DNA of 64,000 nt from a phage, in the NCBI GenBank assembly GCA_024571205.1, contig GCA_024571205.1_4523.1. One strand, 5' to 3'. A program made the position numbers and the translations under genes. Below are positions 50,029 through 59,269 of the stretch, piece by piece. The stretch's first letter is position 1, and each line of letters begins with the position of its first letter. Below the pieces are notes generated by a model. That model was not told where the DNA came from, did no database searches, and worked only from the letters and a program-made list of their open reading frames with translations.

Positions 50029-50697
50029 ATGATCGATAAAGACTATATTGAAGAGTTACGTGCTCTTTCCGATAAAAAGGAAGCCAAAGCTAAACTGTTC
50101 GAATATGCGAAACAATTTGGCATTAGTGTTAAGAAAACAAAATCATTCGATAATATTGTTGTTGATATCGAAGAAGCTCTTAACGCACTGGCTGATGAAC
50201 CATTACCTGAAACTGATGGATTATCTATCACCGATTTAATTACTGCCGCAGATGATGTGGACGGTGTTAATTTCACCAACGAAGAAGTTAAAGAAGAAGC
50301 TATTCTGTTGTTTGATTCTCCAACAGAACAAGTTGAAGTATTAGAAGTTGTCGAACAAGAAAAAGAATTCGACCATGATAAATTTGAAGAAGCAATTACT
50401 AAGGTTGTTGAATCTGAAAAAGAGCCTGAGACAGAGGTAAATAAAGAAGTAAAATTTGTTCTGCCTGAAAATTTTAGTCCTACACTCATTAAATTAGGCA
50501 AAGGTCCAGGATATGTTACTGTTCCTTGGTGGATTTATCAATGGATAGCCGAAACACCTGATTGGAAATCTCACCCAACGAGTTTTGTGCATGCTTCTGC
50601 TCACCAAACATTATTTAGCTTAATTTATTATATTAATCGCGATGGATCAGTTCTAATTCGTGAAACTCGTAATTCTTCTTTCGTAACATTAAAATAA
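50029..50697 (+). CDS. hypothetical protein; possibly Inh (prohead protease inhibitor) by position
   Basis: 222 aa with an acidic central region, located between uvsW and hoc where T4 carries inh. Identity not verified. Confidence 0.4.
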   Translation: MIDKDYIEELRALSDKKEAKAKLFEYAKQFGISVKKTKSFDNIVVDIEEALNALADEPLPETDGLSITDLITAADDVDGVNFTNEEVKEEAILLFDSPTEQVEVLEVVEQEKEFDHDKFEEAITKVVESEKEPETEVNKEVKFVLPENFSPTLIKLGKGPGYVTVPWWIYQWIAETPDWKSHPTSFVHASAHQTLFSLIYYINRDGSVLIRETRNSSFVTLK

Positions 50698-50706
50698 GGA
50701 TAACTT

Positions 50707-52122
50707 ATGGCATTCACTGTCACGTTATCTCCTTTAACTCCTACAGGGGTTATTGGAGGTTCACAAACATTCACTGCTACACCTGCAGGTGAAAGTCCAG
50801 ATGGTACTATTACATACGTCTGGACTGTAGATGATATAGCACAGGAGTCTACGGCTGCTACAATGGATTATACTCTTGCTTCTCCAGCAGGAACAAAAAA
50901 AATTAAAGTGGTTGCAACTAATACACTTTCCGCAGGAGATCCGGAAATAGCTGAAGCGTCAACAACTATCACTGTTAATAAGAAAGAAAATAATTCTACC
51001 GTCGCTGTTACTCCGGCTTCTCCGGCTGCAGTAGAAATTGGAACAGCAACAACATTCACTGCTAATGTAAGTAATCAACCTAGTGGTGCTGCTATTGCTT
51101 ATACATGGAAAGTTGACGGGGTCGCTGCTGATGGTCAAAAGCAATCAACCTTTGAATATACACCAACATCTGAAGGAACTAAGTCTATAACTTGCTCCGT
51201 CACAGTAACTGCAACTGATTACGTTGATAAAACAGTAGAATCATCAGCGGTTTCTTTGACTGTAAATAAAAAGGCTAATTCTTCAACACTAAAAATTACG
51301 CCTGAGTCTCCGACTACGGTCTTTGGTGTTCCTATTACTTTAACTGCAAATGTCTCTAGTGCACCCTCAGGTGCTACTACATCATTCCAGTGGTCAATGG
51401 ATGACAGTAATATTCCGGATGCAACTTCTGCTACATATAAATTCACTCCAACCGAGGTCGGAAGTAAAACTCTTAAATGCACTGTATCTGTTTCTGCAAC
51501 AAATTATGTTACAAAAGAAATTTCAGCAGAAGCAACAGTAGTAACTAATAATGCGTCATTTAATAGTGCCACCATTTCTTTATCTCCGCCATCAGTTAAT
51601 ACTACTGTTGGTGGAACTGCAACTTTAACAGCATCTGTTACTGGTGCTCCAGGTGATACTAATATTGTGTATTCTTGGAAGAAAGACAACGTAGCAGAAA
51701 GTAATTCTACCAATACTTACAGTATTGATACCTCCTCAGCTGGTACTCATACAATTAAAGTTGAAGCAGTATTAACTAAAGATAATTATACTCCAAAGAC
51801 AATTAGTTCAACCGCTGAAGTTGTTATTGCTGAACGGACTCCAATTGAACCAGAAGGTGAATTACCTTATGTTCATCCTCTTCCACACCGTACTTCAGCT
51901 TACATTTGGTGTGGTTGGTGGGTTATGGATGAAATCCAAAAAATGACTGAAGAAGGTAAAGATTGGAAAATCGACGATCCGGGTAGTAAGTACTACTTGC
52001 ATCGTTATACGCTTCAGAAGATGATGAAAGACTATCCAGAAGTTGATGTTCAAGAATCACGTAATGGATACATCATTCATAAAACTGCGCTAGAAACTGG
52101 TATCATTTATACATATCCATAA
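50707..52122 (+). CDS. hoc: Hoc, highly immunogenic outer capsid protein (four Ig-like repeats)
   Basis: 471 aa with four ~95-aa repeats (e.g. TVNKKENNSTVAVTPASP..., TVNKKANSSTLKITPESP...) and a C-terminal region (YIWCGWWVMDE...); T4 hoc position. Confidence 0.82.
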   Translation: MAFTVTLSPLTPTGVIGGSQTFTATPAGESPDGTITYVWTVDDIAQESTAATMDYTLASPAGTKKIKVVATNTLSAGDPEIAEASTTITVNKKENNSTVAVTPASPAAVEIGTATTFTANVSNQPSGAAIAYTWKVDGVAADGQKQSTFEYTPTSEGTKSITCSVTVTATDYVDKTVESSAVSLTVNKKANSSTLKITPESPTTVFGVPITLTANVSSAPSGATTSFQWSMDDSNIPDATSATYKFTPTEVGSKTLKCTVSVSATNYVTKEISAEATVVTNNASFNSATISLSPPSVNTTVGGTATLTASVTGAPGDTNIVYSWKKDNVAESNSTNTYSIDTSSAGTHTIKVEAVLTKDNYTPKTISSTAEVVIAERTPIEPEGELPYVHPLPHRTSAYIWCGWWVMDEIQKMTEEGKDWKIDDPGSKYYLHRYTLQKMMKDYPEVDVQESRNGYIIHKTALETGIIYTYP

Positions 52123-52126
52123 TCGT

Positions 52127-52148
52127 AAGGGGCTTCGGCCCCTTTCTT
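52127..52148 (+). terminator. rho-independent terminator after hoc
   Basis: GGGGC-TTCG-GCCCC hairpin followed by a T-rich tract. Confidence 0.55.
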
Positions 52149-52222
52149 CGTTTTAAAGCATATAAACCACAACTTGAGATTGATGTATATAATGGCACAA
52201 ACCAAATAATACTGGATTGATT

Positions 52223-52417
52223 ATGAGAGCTGAAGTTGAAGTTTATACATTACATGAGGCGGGATTTTCATTCGTAGAAATTGCTCAAAAAATCGGTTTA
52301 CAACCTAAAGAAGTTGGATTACTATGGACTAAAGCCGAGACAGCTCGGTCAAAGTTTAAAGCAAAAGAAAAAGTTGTATACCGTAAACGTCTGATTAATA
52401 AAAAGGTGAAGAAATGA
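52223..52417 (+). CDS. small helix-turn-helix-like protein
   Basis: 64 aa from ATG 52223; ...LHEAGFSFVEIAQKIGLQPKEV... resembles an HTH, followed by a basic tail. Confidence 0.45.
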   Translation: MRAEVEVYTLHEAGFSFVEIAQKIGLQPKEVGLLWTKAETARSKFKAKEKVVYRKRLINKKVKK

Positions 52418-52665
52418 GTTTTGCACAGGAATTAAGAGAAAGGGCTCTGGCCATTAAAGCCAATTTGTTGAGTGATTTTATTACTAACTTCTCTGTGATG
52501 GCAGAGAAAGCCGCTGACAAAGGCCAGACACAATTCACGTACTATCCATCAAAGAATGATTTAACTATCACCGAGCAAGTCGGGCAGTGGTTACGTGATA
52601 ATGGCTTTCAGTACAAAATTAATCACGACCAACGTGATGGTCATTGGATAGAAATCAAGTTCTAA
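52414..52665 (+). CDS. hypothetical protein
   Basis: 83 aa ORF overlapping the previous stop. Confidence 0.5.
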   Translation: MSFAQELRERALAIKANLLSDFITNFSVMAEKAADKGQTQFTYYPSKNDLTITEQVGQWLRDNGFQYKINHDQRDGHWIEIKF

Positions 52666-52667
52666 TA

Positions 52668-52693
52668 TGCTTTACATTTTTTGATGGTATAAT
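52668..52693 (+). promoter_or_regulatory. candidate MotA-dependent middle promoter upstream of rnlB
   Basis: MotA box TGCTTTA (52668-52674), 13-nt spacer, TATAAT (52688-52693). Confidence 0.4.
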
Positions 52694-52784
52694 GAATCTA
52701 GGTTCTATCCATTCAAATTAAACATCGGGTCGGAGATAGAGTCTCTGCTAATTATTTTGATATTATTATTTATAATGGTGATTT

Positions 52785-53792
52785 ATGTTTAAGAAATACA
52801 GCAGTCTTGAAAACCACTACAACTCTAAGTTTATTGAAAAACTCTACACTAATGGTTTGACTACTGGTGTTTGGGTAGCACGTGAGAAAATCCATGGGAC
52901 CAACTTCTCGTTAATAATTGAACGTGACAACGTCACATGCGCCAAGCGCACAGGCCCTATTCTTCCAGCAGAAGATTTTTATGGTTATGAAATCGTACTC
53001 AAGAAGTATGATAAGGCTATTAAAGGTGTTCAAGAAGTCATGGACAGTATTTCAACTTCAGTGCCGGTGACATATCAAGTCTTTGGTGAATTCGCTGGTG
53101 GTGGAATTCAGAAAGGTGTTGACTACGGTGAAAAAGATTTCTATGTATTCGATATCATCATAAACACGGAAAGCGGTGATACTTATTACATGAGTGATTA
53201 CGAAATGCAAGATTTCTGTAATACGTTTGGTTTTAAAATGGCACCAATGCTTGGACGTGGAACATTTGATGCTCTTATCACGATTCAAAACGACCTTGAT
53301 TCCGTCTTAGCCGCTTATAACGCTACGGCATCGGAAGACCTTGTAGAAGCAAATAATTGCGTATTTGATGCTAATGTTATTGGTGATAATACCGCAGAAG
53401 GTTATGTTCTGAAGCCTTGTTTCCCTAAATGGCTGCCAAACGGTACTCGTGTAGCGATTAAGTGCAAGAACTCTAAATTCAGTGAAAAGAAAAAGTCTGA
53501 TAAGCCTATTAAAACTCAGGTTCCATTAACCGAAATTGACAAAAACTTGCTTGATGTTCTAGCTTGTTATGTTACATTAAATCGTGTTAACAATGTGATT
53601 TCTAAGATTGGGACAGTAACTCCGAAAGATTTTGGCAAAGTGATGGGATTGACTGTTCAAGATATTCTGGAAGAAACTTCTCGTGAAGGCATTGTATTAA
53701 CATCATCTGATAATCCGAATCTTGTTAAGAAAGAATTAGTCCGAATGGTGCAAGATGTTCTGCGTCCTGCATGGATTGAATTAGTATCATAA
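52785..53792 (+). CDS. rnlB: RNA ligase 2
   Basis: 335 aa, [48 protein letters not shown] (lysine motif KIHG), matches T4 Rnl2. Confidence 0.92.
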   Translation: MFKKYSSLENHYNSKFIEKLYTNGLTTGVWVAREKIHGTNFSLIIERDNVTCAKRTGPILPAEDFYGYEIVLKKYDKAIKGVQEVMDSISTSVPVTYQVFGEFAGGGIQKGVDYGEKDFYVFDIIINTESGDTYYMSDYEMQDFCNTFGFKMAPMLGRGTFDALITIQNDLDSVLAAYNATASEDLVEANNCVFDANVIGDNTAEGYVLKPCFPKWLPNGTRVAIKCKNSKFSEKKKSDKPIKTQVPLTEIDKNLLDVLACYVTLNRVNNVISKIGTVTPKDFGKVMGLTVQDILEETSREGIVLTSSDNPNLVKKELVRMVQDVLRPAWIELVS

Positions 53793-53794
53793 CG

Positions 53795-53825
53795 AAAAAA
53801 GGGGACCTTTACGGTCCCCTTTTTT
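53795..53825. terminator. bidirectional terminator between rnlB (+) and gene 24 (-)
   Basis: GGGGACC-TTTAC-GGTCCCC hairpin flanked by AAAAAA upstream and TTTTTT downstream. Confidence 0.65.
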
Positions 53826-55108
53826 CATTCATCTATAATAATTTTAGGCAATTTAACACCAAGTAAAACAGACAAGTCTGAACGTCCTGCCATTTTATCC
53901 ATGTCCCCGCCATCAATTATTCTCGCTTCTTTTTCGTCTTTTGCTACTGTGTAAGGATTTGCTGATAAAGCGTATCTAACCAATAAACCAATAGACGGTT
54001 GCAAGCTTTCTGGATCAACTACAACTTTAAATGCACCAACATGTTCAGGGTCATCTAAGTCGAGACCTTCTGTATACGGGGCATAGAAAATTGATCCAAC
54101 AATTTCTTTTTCACCGATATTTTCTACTACGCCAACGATCACATAATCTAATGGACTGTTAGTATCGCAATAAAGCGGTAAACCATTAGCTAAGAACCCG
54201 TAAGCATTTTGTGAAAGATACTTATCATCTTCTGGTTTATGTTTTAACCAACCTGAAGCAGCAAGAATAGCAGCTGCACGAGCTGAAGCTACACAAAACG
54301 TCGCAGTATAAGTTGACTCTTTTTGAATGTGTGATACCATTTCACACACCATTCGATATAACGAACGACCTGCTTCTGGAGCGGATGCATAGCTCAAGTC
54401 AATAAATCCGGTGTCAGTAATTCCAGTAACTTTATAACGTTTCGATACCGTAATTAAAGACTGAAGAATATCTTTATTAATTTCATCAGCCATTTCAGTA
54501 GCAAGCAAATCTTCTAAGAAGTTAGGGGCATCAAATCCATTCGCTTCCAAATCTTGCGCTAATTCAACCGTGAGACCGGTTTTAAGTTTACGAGATTTGA
54601 CTGAAGTTTGCCATTTATTAATTTGGAATCTTGCATCGGAAATTTCGCTACCGGAGCTTTCAAATTTGCTTGTCACCGCTGCATCTGAAAATAACCGTAC
54701 CTTTAAATGAACAACTGCAATCTGAAGAGCTAATTCTAGATCACTTTCTTGAATATCTGCAAATGGTGTATCTTCTAGCACTTTATAGACGATATTATTA
54801 TATTTGAAAAAATCGCCTTTATTTAGTGTGACTTTTGATTCTTCTGTGAGCTCGGTAATTTTTTCTCGGTCTACATATCCAGCTTCACCTGCATAAGTAG
54901 CACCAGTTTTAAACGTTAATTCGTTGTCTGGGTTAAGATATTTAATACCATAAAAAGCAGCAACAGGTTGATTAGTTCTTTGTGTTGCTACAATGTCAGA
55001 ATATATTAATTTAGTCGTAGCGCGAGTCAAAGCAACGAGATTTGGGCGACCGATTGAGTTGCTAGTAGACGTTGTAGATTCACGCAATAATTTTTGGATT
55101 TTACTCAT
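53825..55108 (-). CDS. 24: gp24 capsid vertex protein
   Basis: 427 aa, same length as T4 gp24; late promoter at 55136-55143. Confidence 0.9.
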   Translation of the reverse strand: MSKIQKLLRESTTSTSNSIGRPNLVALTRATTKLIYSDIVATQRTNQPVAAFYGIKYLNPDNELTFKTGATYAGEAGYVDREKITELTEESKVTLNKGDFFKYNNIVYKVLEDTPFADIQESDLELALQIAVVHLKVRLFSDAAVTSKFESSGSEISDARFQINKWQTSVKSRKLKTGLTVELAQDLEANGFDAPNFLEDLLATEMADEINKDILQSLITVSKRYKVTGITDTGFIDLSYASAPEAGRSLYRMVCEMVSHIQKESTYTATFCVASARAAAILAASGWLKHKPEDDKYLSQNAYGFLANGLPLYCDTNSPLDYVIVGVVENIGEKEIVGSIFYAPYTEGLDLDDPEHVGAFKVVVDPESLQPSIGLLVRYALSANPYTVAKDEKEARIIDGGDMDKMAGRSDLSVLLGVKLPKIIIDE

Positions 55109-55135
55109 TGCATTTTTTCCTTATGTGATATAGAT

Positions 55136-55143
55136 TATTTATA
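55136..55143 (-). promoter_or_regulatory. late promoter for gene 24
   Basis: TATAAATA on the minus strand, 28 nt upstream of the gp24 start. Confidence 0.5.
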
Positions 55144-55149
55144 AAGATT

Positions 55150-55179
55150 GTTTACAACGTATTTGGTATGTGATACTAT
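55150..55179 (+). promoter_or_regulatory. T4-type early promoter driving the antisense ORF between genes 24 and 23
   Basis: GTTTACA -35, 17-nt spacer, TACTAT -10. Confidence 0.5.
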
Positions 55180-55209
55180 AGACTTATCAACTACAGAGGA
55201 GTAAACAAA

Positions 55210-55479
55210 ATGACTAAAGCACGTTTCTTACGAGATACTTTAAAAGTTCTGGAAGCTGAAGCAGTTAAGTTAGTAGAAAAATACGGTGCAAAAGTTAATG
55301 GTAATGCCTTCAACAAAGTATGGATGAAAGTTGATTCTGAAGCTCGAGCTAAAGGCTATTGGGCCACTGATAAACTTGCATCATTCAAAAACAAAGATGG
55401 TTCTCCAGCATATGTCCAAGAAGGTATGCCTAATTGGCAAAATATTTTGAAAACTTACATCGAAATTGCACAGAAATAA
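55210..55479 (+). CDS. hypothetical protein encoded antisense between head genes 24 and 23
   Basis: 89 aa ORF with its own early promoter (55150-55179), SD gagg and a hairpin immediately downstream (55490-55507). Confidence 0.55.
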   Translation: MTKARFLRDTLKVLEAEAVKLVEKYGAKVNGNAFNKVWMKVDSEARAKGYWATDKLASFKNKDGSPAYVQEGMPNWQNILKTYIEIAQK

Positions 55480-55481
55480 AA

Positions 55482-55507
55482 CCAAAAATGGGAGACCGAA
55501 GTCTCCC
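55482..55507 (-). terminator. rho-independent terminator after gene 23 (minus strand)
   Basis: GGGAGAC-CGAA-GTCTCCC hairpin (55490-55507); on the minus strand it is followed by a U-run (complement of 55484-55488). Confidence 0.6.
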
Positions 55508-55531
55508 AAAATAAGATTTAATCAATTAAGA

Positions 55532-57100
55532 TTAGATGCCTTTTACATATACACGGCGGAAGTAAGCGTTCTTACCAAGGCTGTTCAGGATAGACGGCAT
55601 ACCGGACTGGATGCGAGCACCTGGAGCCTGCAGGGAACTTTCAGCAAACGGGTTAACACCGATACCGTAACGAGTTTTAAAGCCCATTACCGGCTGGAAG
55701 TTCTTAGGATCGGAACCACGCAGTGGGGTAAGTGCAACGTAAGGAGCATAGTAGATACCTGCATCCATTTCGTTAGCGCCTTTGTAACCAACGGTGAAGT
55801 AATCCTGTTTAGCATACTGGTCGATGTATACGCGGTATTTACCACCAAGTACACCGGCAAATACAGACTTAGTAGTGTCGGTATTAAAACCGGAAGCCAG
55901 ACCCTGTGCAGCGTAAGAAATACCAGTATCAACTGAAGCCAGTACGTTAACTACGTTACGGGAAGCGATAATGAAGTTACCTTCACCACGACCGGTTTGA
56001 CGAGCAATTTCAACTGCTTCTTTATCAATCTGGAACAACAGAGATTTAAAGCTTTCACCGGCCCAACGAGCACCACGGATATCAATCGGGTCCTGGAAGT
56101 CAAATACACCAGCTTTAGAACCAGGAGTCAGGGTCATACCAGATTTACCGACCTGTGCTGAGTAGTTAATCCAATCAACAACTTCACGGTTGATTTCTAG
56201 CATAATTTCTGTAGCCAGAATACCGCTCAGTTCAGCATCAGCATCCATACCGTGTACTGCACGGAGGTCTTGTGCTAATTCGATAGAGTAAGCAGCTTTC
56301 AGCTGGCGAGATTTAGCTTCGATAACTTGTTTATCGATACGGAAGCCCATTTCATTCCATGGGTTATCGGTAGAACCGTTGAAACCTTCCTGGAGTTCAG
56401 CGATAGAAGTAGCCATACCTTCAGCGATTTCTACCAGTGCACCAGCTTCCATTTGTTTCTTAACTTCTGCATCTAATTTAGCTGCATCAGTTGCACCAGA
56501 ATCAAGTGTTACGACAGCAGAAGCTTGCAGATATACAGTACCAGTTTCTTGGAAGAAGTGAGTATAGATATCACCTACAACAGTAGTAGTGTCAGCAGCC
56601 AGAGCTGGGAATTTCTTAGCAGCACCCTGACCAGAGAACATCGCGTCTGGGGCATACATCGGATGGAAAGCTTCTTTAGCGCCAGCAGCGATAGGGTCTT
56701 TACCATATACTGCACGGAGAGCAAATACCTGACCGGTCGGGCTGTTCATAGGCTGAACACCACAAATATCAAAAGCGATCAGATTAGGAATAGCACGACG
56801 AACCATACCCATAACGGCCGGCCCAATTTGGGTTACTGCACCAGAGGTTTGACCTGCTGCGATGTTCTGAGCATTATAACCATGGTCACCACCAATTTCA
56901 GCTTCGGTCAAGAAAGAACCAAATGCCTGAGCGATTTTCTCGTCTTTATATTCAGGGGATACTTCGAAATCTTTTTCCTGGTTTTCGAAGATTTTAGCGA
57001 TAATAGCCTGCTTGCTATTAGCGATTTCCGGCAGGCCTTCACCTTCCAGCAGTTCTTTCCATTTGTCTACGAGCTGAGCTTTAGTTTTGATAGTAGTCAT
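55532..57100 (-). CDS. 23: gp23 major capsid protein
   Basis: 522 aa, MTTIKTKAQLVDKWKELLEGEGLPEIANSKQAIIAKIFENQEKDFEVSPEYKDEKIAQAFGSFLTEAEIGGDHGYNA matches T4 gp23. Confidence 0.95.
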   Translation of the reverse strand: MTTIKTKAQLVDKWKELLEGEGLPEIANSKQAIIAKIFENQEKDFEVSPEYKDEKIAQAFGSFLTEAEIGGDHGYNAQNIAAGQTSGAVTQIGPAVMGMVRRAIPNLIAFDICGVQPMNSPTGQVFALRAVYGKDPIAAGAKEAFHPMYAPDAMFSGQGAAKKFPALAADTTTVVGDIYTHFFQETGTVYLQASAVVTLDSGATDAAKLDAEVKKQMEAGALVEIAEGMATSIAELQEGFNGSTDNPWNEMGFRIDKQVIEAKSRQLKAAYSIELAQDLRAVHGMDADAELSGILATEIMLEINREVVDWINYSAQVGKSGMTLTPGSKAGVFDFQDPIDIRGARWAGESFKSLLFQIDKEAVEIARQTGRGEGNFIIASRNVVNVLASVDTGISYAAQGLASGFNTDTTKSVFAGVLGGKYRVYIDQYAKQDYFTVGYKGANEMDAGIYYAPYVALTPLRGSDPKNFQPVMGFKTRYGIGVNPFAESSLQAPGARIQSGMPSILNSLGKNAYFRRVYVKGI

Positions 57101-57117
57101 TTGTGTTAACCTTTAAA

Positions 57118-57930
57118 TTAGAAACGAGATGCGACTTTCGCATATAAACTTACATTAGAATTCTGTTCTACCTGAGTTGTGGTAGTGTCAACTGCTTCGG
57201 CAACAAAATTAAGACCGGCAGCGTCATTGTCAACTGTATTTATACTTTCGGTAATAGCGGCTTCTTCTTTAGTAGAACCTTTAACCATTTCTACAATAGC
57301 AGTTAACTTAGTACCAAATGCGTCAGAATAATCCATACCTTCAACCAGGCCAATAACTTTTTCTTTCTGAGATTCAGTCAGGTCTTTTACGCTTTCATTA
57401 ATAGCGGTTTCACGCTGAACGTAATTGATATATGCATCACGTTTGGTAACTTCTTCGAACAAACGAGCGGTTTCTTCTTTATGTTCGGCCAGCTCTTCTT
57501 CCATTTCTGCTACAACATCTACAGATTCTTCTGGAACAACAACGTTATGTTCAACAAACAGTTCTTTCAGACCACCAAGCATGGATTCGAACAAATCAGC
57601 TTTAATGCCTTTATCAACTGCGATTTGGTTTTCTGCGAGCCATTCTTTTGCAAGATGGTCCAGGAATTTAGAAGCTTGTTCAGCCAATTTTTTATCAGCT
57701 TTCTCTTCAGCATCTTCTTTAGCCTTTTCAACTTCTTCTTCGGCTTTTTCGGCGATAGCTTTGATATGAGATTCAGCTAGTTTGACTGCTTCCTGCTTAA
57801 CGGTGGCTTCGAATACAGTGCTGAAATTAGCTTTAACGTCCGGAGACAGTTCTACTGATTCGAAAACACTATTAAGAGCAACTGAAGTCTCGATATTCTG
57901 AGCTTCTTTCAAAAGTTGTTCTTTGATCAT
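57118..57930 (-). CDS. 22: gp22 prohead core scaffold protein
   Basis: 270 aa, highly charged helical scaffold sequence, T4 gp22 length. Confidence 0.9.
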   Translation of the reverse strand: MIKEQLLKEAQNIETSVALNSVFESVELSPDVKANFSTVFEATVKQEAVKLAESHIKAIAEKAEEEVEKAKEDAEEKADKKLAEQASKFLDHLAKEWLAENQIAVDKGIKADLFESMLGGLKELFVEHNVVVPEESVDVVAEMEEELAEHKEETARLFEEVTKRDAYINYVQRETAINESVKDLTESQKEKVIGLVEGMDYSDAFGTKLTAIVEMVKGSTKEEAAITESINTVDNDAAGLNFVAEAVDTTTTQVEQNSNVSLYAKVASRF

Positions 57931-57960
57931 TTTAGTGTCCTGTGGTTTAGATTACATTAT

Positions 57961-57968
57961 TATTTATA
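57961..57968 (-). promoter_or_regulatory. late promoter for gene 22
   Basis: TATAAATA on the minus strand, 31 nt upstream of the gp22 start, overlapping the gene 21 stop. Confidence 0.5.
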
Positions 57969-58605
57969 ATGCTTTTAAACTCTCTGCGAGAGCTTTAAAT
58001 GCTTCATCAGCACTGTTTTTGGTGATTTCCACCGAATTTTCTGATTCTGATATTTGTTTAGGAGTAACCCAAGCATCTGGAGCAGAAGGACCCCATACGG
58101 CATCTACACCGACGGTTAATTTAAATCCTTCGTTCACGATATGGTACCCTTTATTGGTGTCGGTTAAAGAACCAAGACCACGAGAGGAAACACCTGGAAT
58201 CCAACCAGCTCGTATATTAGCAGCTAATTTATCGCCGGGACCATGGTCACCTTCAATAATTCTAGCACGTCCATATACATCGTTTCCTTTCCACCACATA
58301 TCTTCAATAATGATAGCGGCTTGCATAGGGTCAACATTTGCACGAGGTGGATGATTTAATTCTCCAAGGGCTTGTTTGGTTGCGACTTGTTCTTTAATAT
58401 AGTCGCTTACGGCTTTTTCCAAAACACGTTTAGGATATAAACGTTTATTTCGGTTAACAACCTCTGCCTGAAGAAAAATACCTTCTATATAAAGCCCTGG
58501 TTTTAAGCCGGAATCTTTTCCATCATGAGATTCCAACATTGGAACGCCATCAATAATCTCACCGGGTTGACCCCAAGTTTCAATAAGTAACTCGGGTTTA
58601 TTCAT
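57964..58605 (-). CDS. 21: gp21 prohead protease
   Basis: 213 aa, T4 gp21 length and position. Confidence 0.9.
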   Translation of the reverse strand: MNKPELLIETWGQPGEIIDGVPMLESHDGKDSGLKPGLYIEGIFLQAEVVNRNKRLYPKRVLEKAVSDYIKEQVATKQALGELNHPPRANVDPMQAAIIIEDMWWKGNDVYGRARIIEGDHGPGDKLAANIRAGWIPGVSSRGLGSLTDTNKGYHIVNEGFKLTVGVDAVWGPSAPDAWVTPKQISESENSVEITKNSADEAFKALAESLKAL

Positions 58606-59030
58606 TAGCTTAATCCTAATGCTTTACGACGTTTAAGAGCTTTTTTACGCTTACGCATGCCTTTAACTTGGCCTGAAGGGTTAGCTTTTTTAGCTTTAAC
58701 GACCTTACGAGCGATTTGTCTACGTTTTGCTTTAGAAAGACCGGTTGTTTGGAACGCGTTACGTTCGCGAGTTTTACGGTCTTTAGTGCGGGTGACTTCA
58801 CCACGAGAAGAAACATGTTTAACGATAAACTCATTTAACTGCTCTTCATTAATAATGGAAGCCATTGCAACAGCTAAATCCGTTTCAGTTTCAAGCATGT
58901 TCTCGATAATAGTATTTATATCGTCAATATCGAGAGCAGAAGACAATGCATCGATTCGGCCCTGTGCTTCAGGAATAAGTGCTTCGACATTTTCGAGTAC
59001 CAATTCATAAGATTCAGGGATAAGATACAT
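58605..59030 (-). CDS. 68: gp68 prohead core protein
   Basis: 141 aa, position between 67 and 21. Confidence 0.8.
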   Translation of the reverse strand: MYLIPESYELVLENVEALIPEAQGRIDALSSALDIDDINTIIENMLETETDLAVAMASIINEEQLNEFIVKHVSSRGEVTRTKDRKTRERNAFQTTGLSKAKRRQIARKVVKAKKANPSGQVKGMRKRKKALKRRKALGLS

Positions 59031-59269
59031 TATTCATCGTCCTCATCATCTTCGTCTTCGTCGTCATCGCCTTCATCAGCGTCGTCTTCCGAAGCTTTAG
59101 CTTTCTTTCTTTCTTCTTCAGGTTCTTCGCCTTCAATCAAAAATTGAGAAGCGATTTCTGCTTTGCGTGCTTCAATCAAACGAACCGTTTTTTCTGCCAT
59201 TGCACTTTCAAAAAACTTTCGAGTAGCAACGAGGTCGTTTGATTTAATAGCTTGAATTAAATCGTCCAT
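59030..59269 (-). CDS. 67: gp67 prohead core protein
   Basis: 79 aa with polyacidic C-terminus ([18 protein letters not shown]). Confidence 0.8.
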   Translation of the reverse strand: MDDLIQAIKSNDLVATRKFFESAMAEKTVRLIEARKAEIASQFLIEGEEPEEERKKAKASEDDADEGDDDEDEDDEDDE

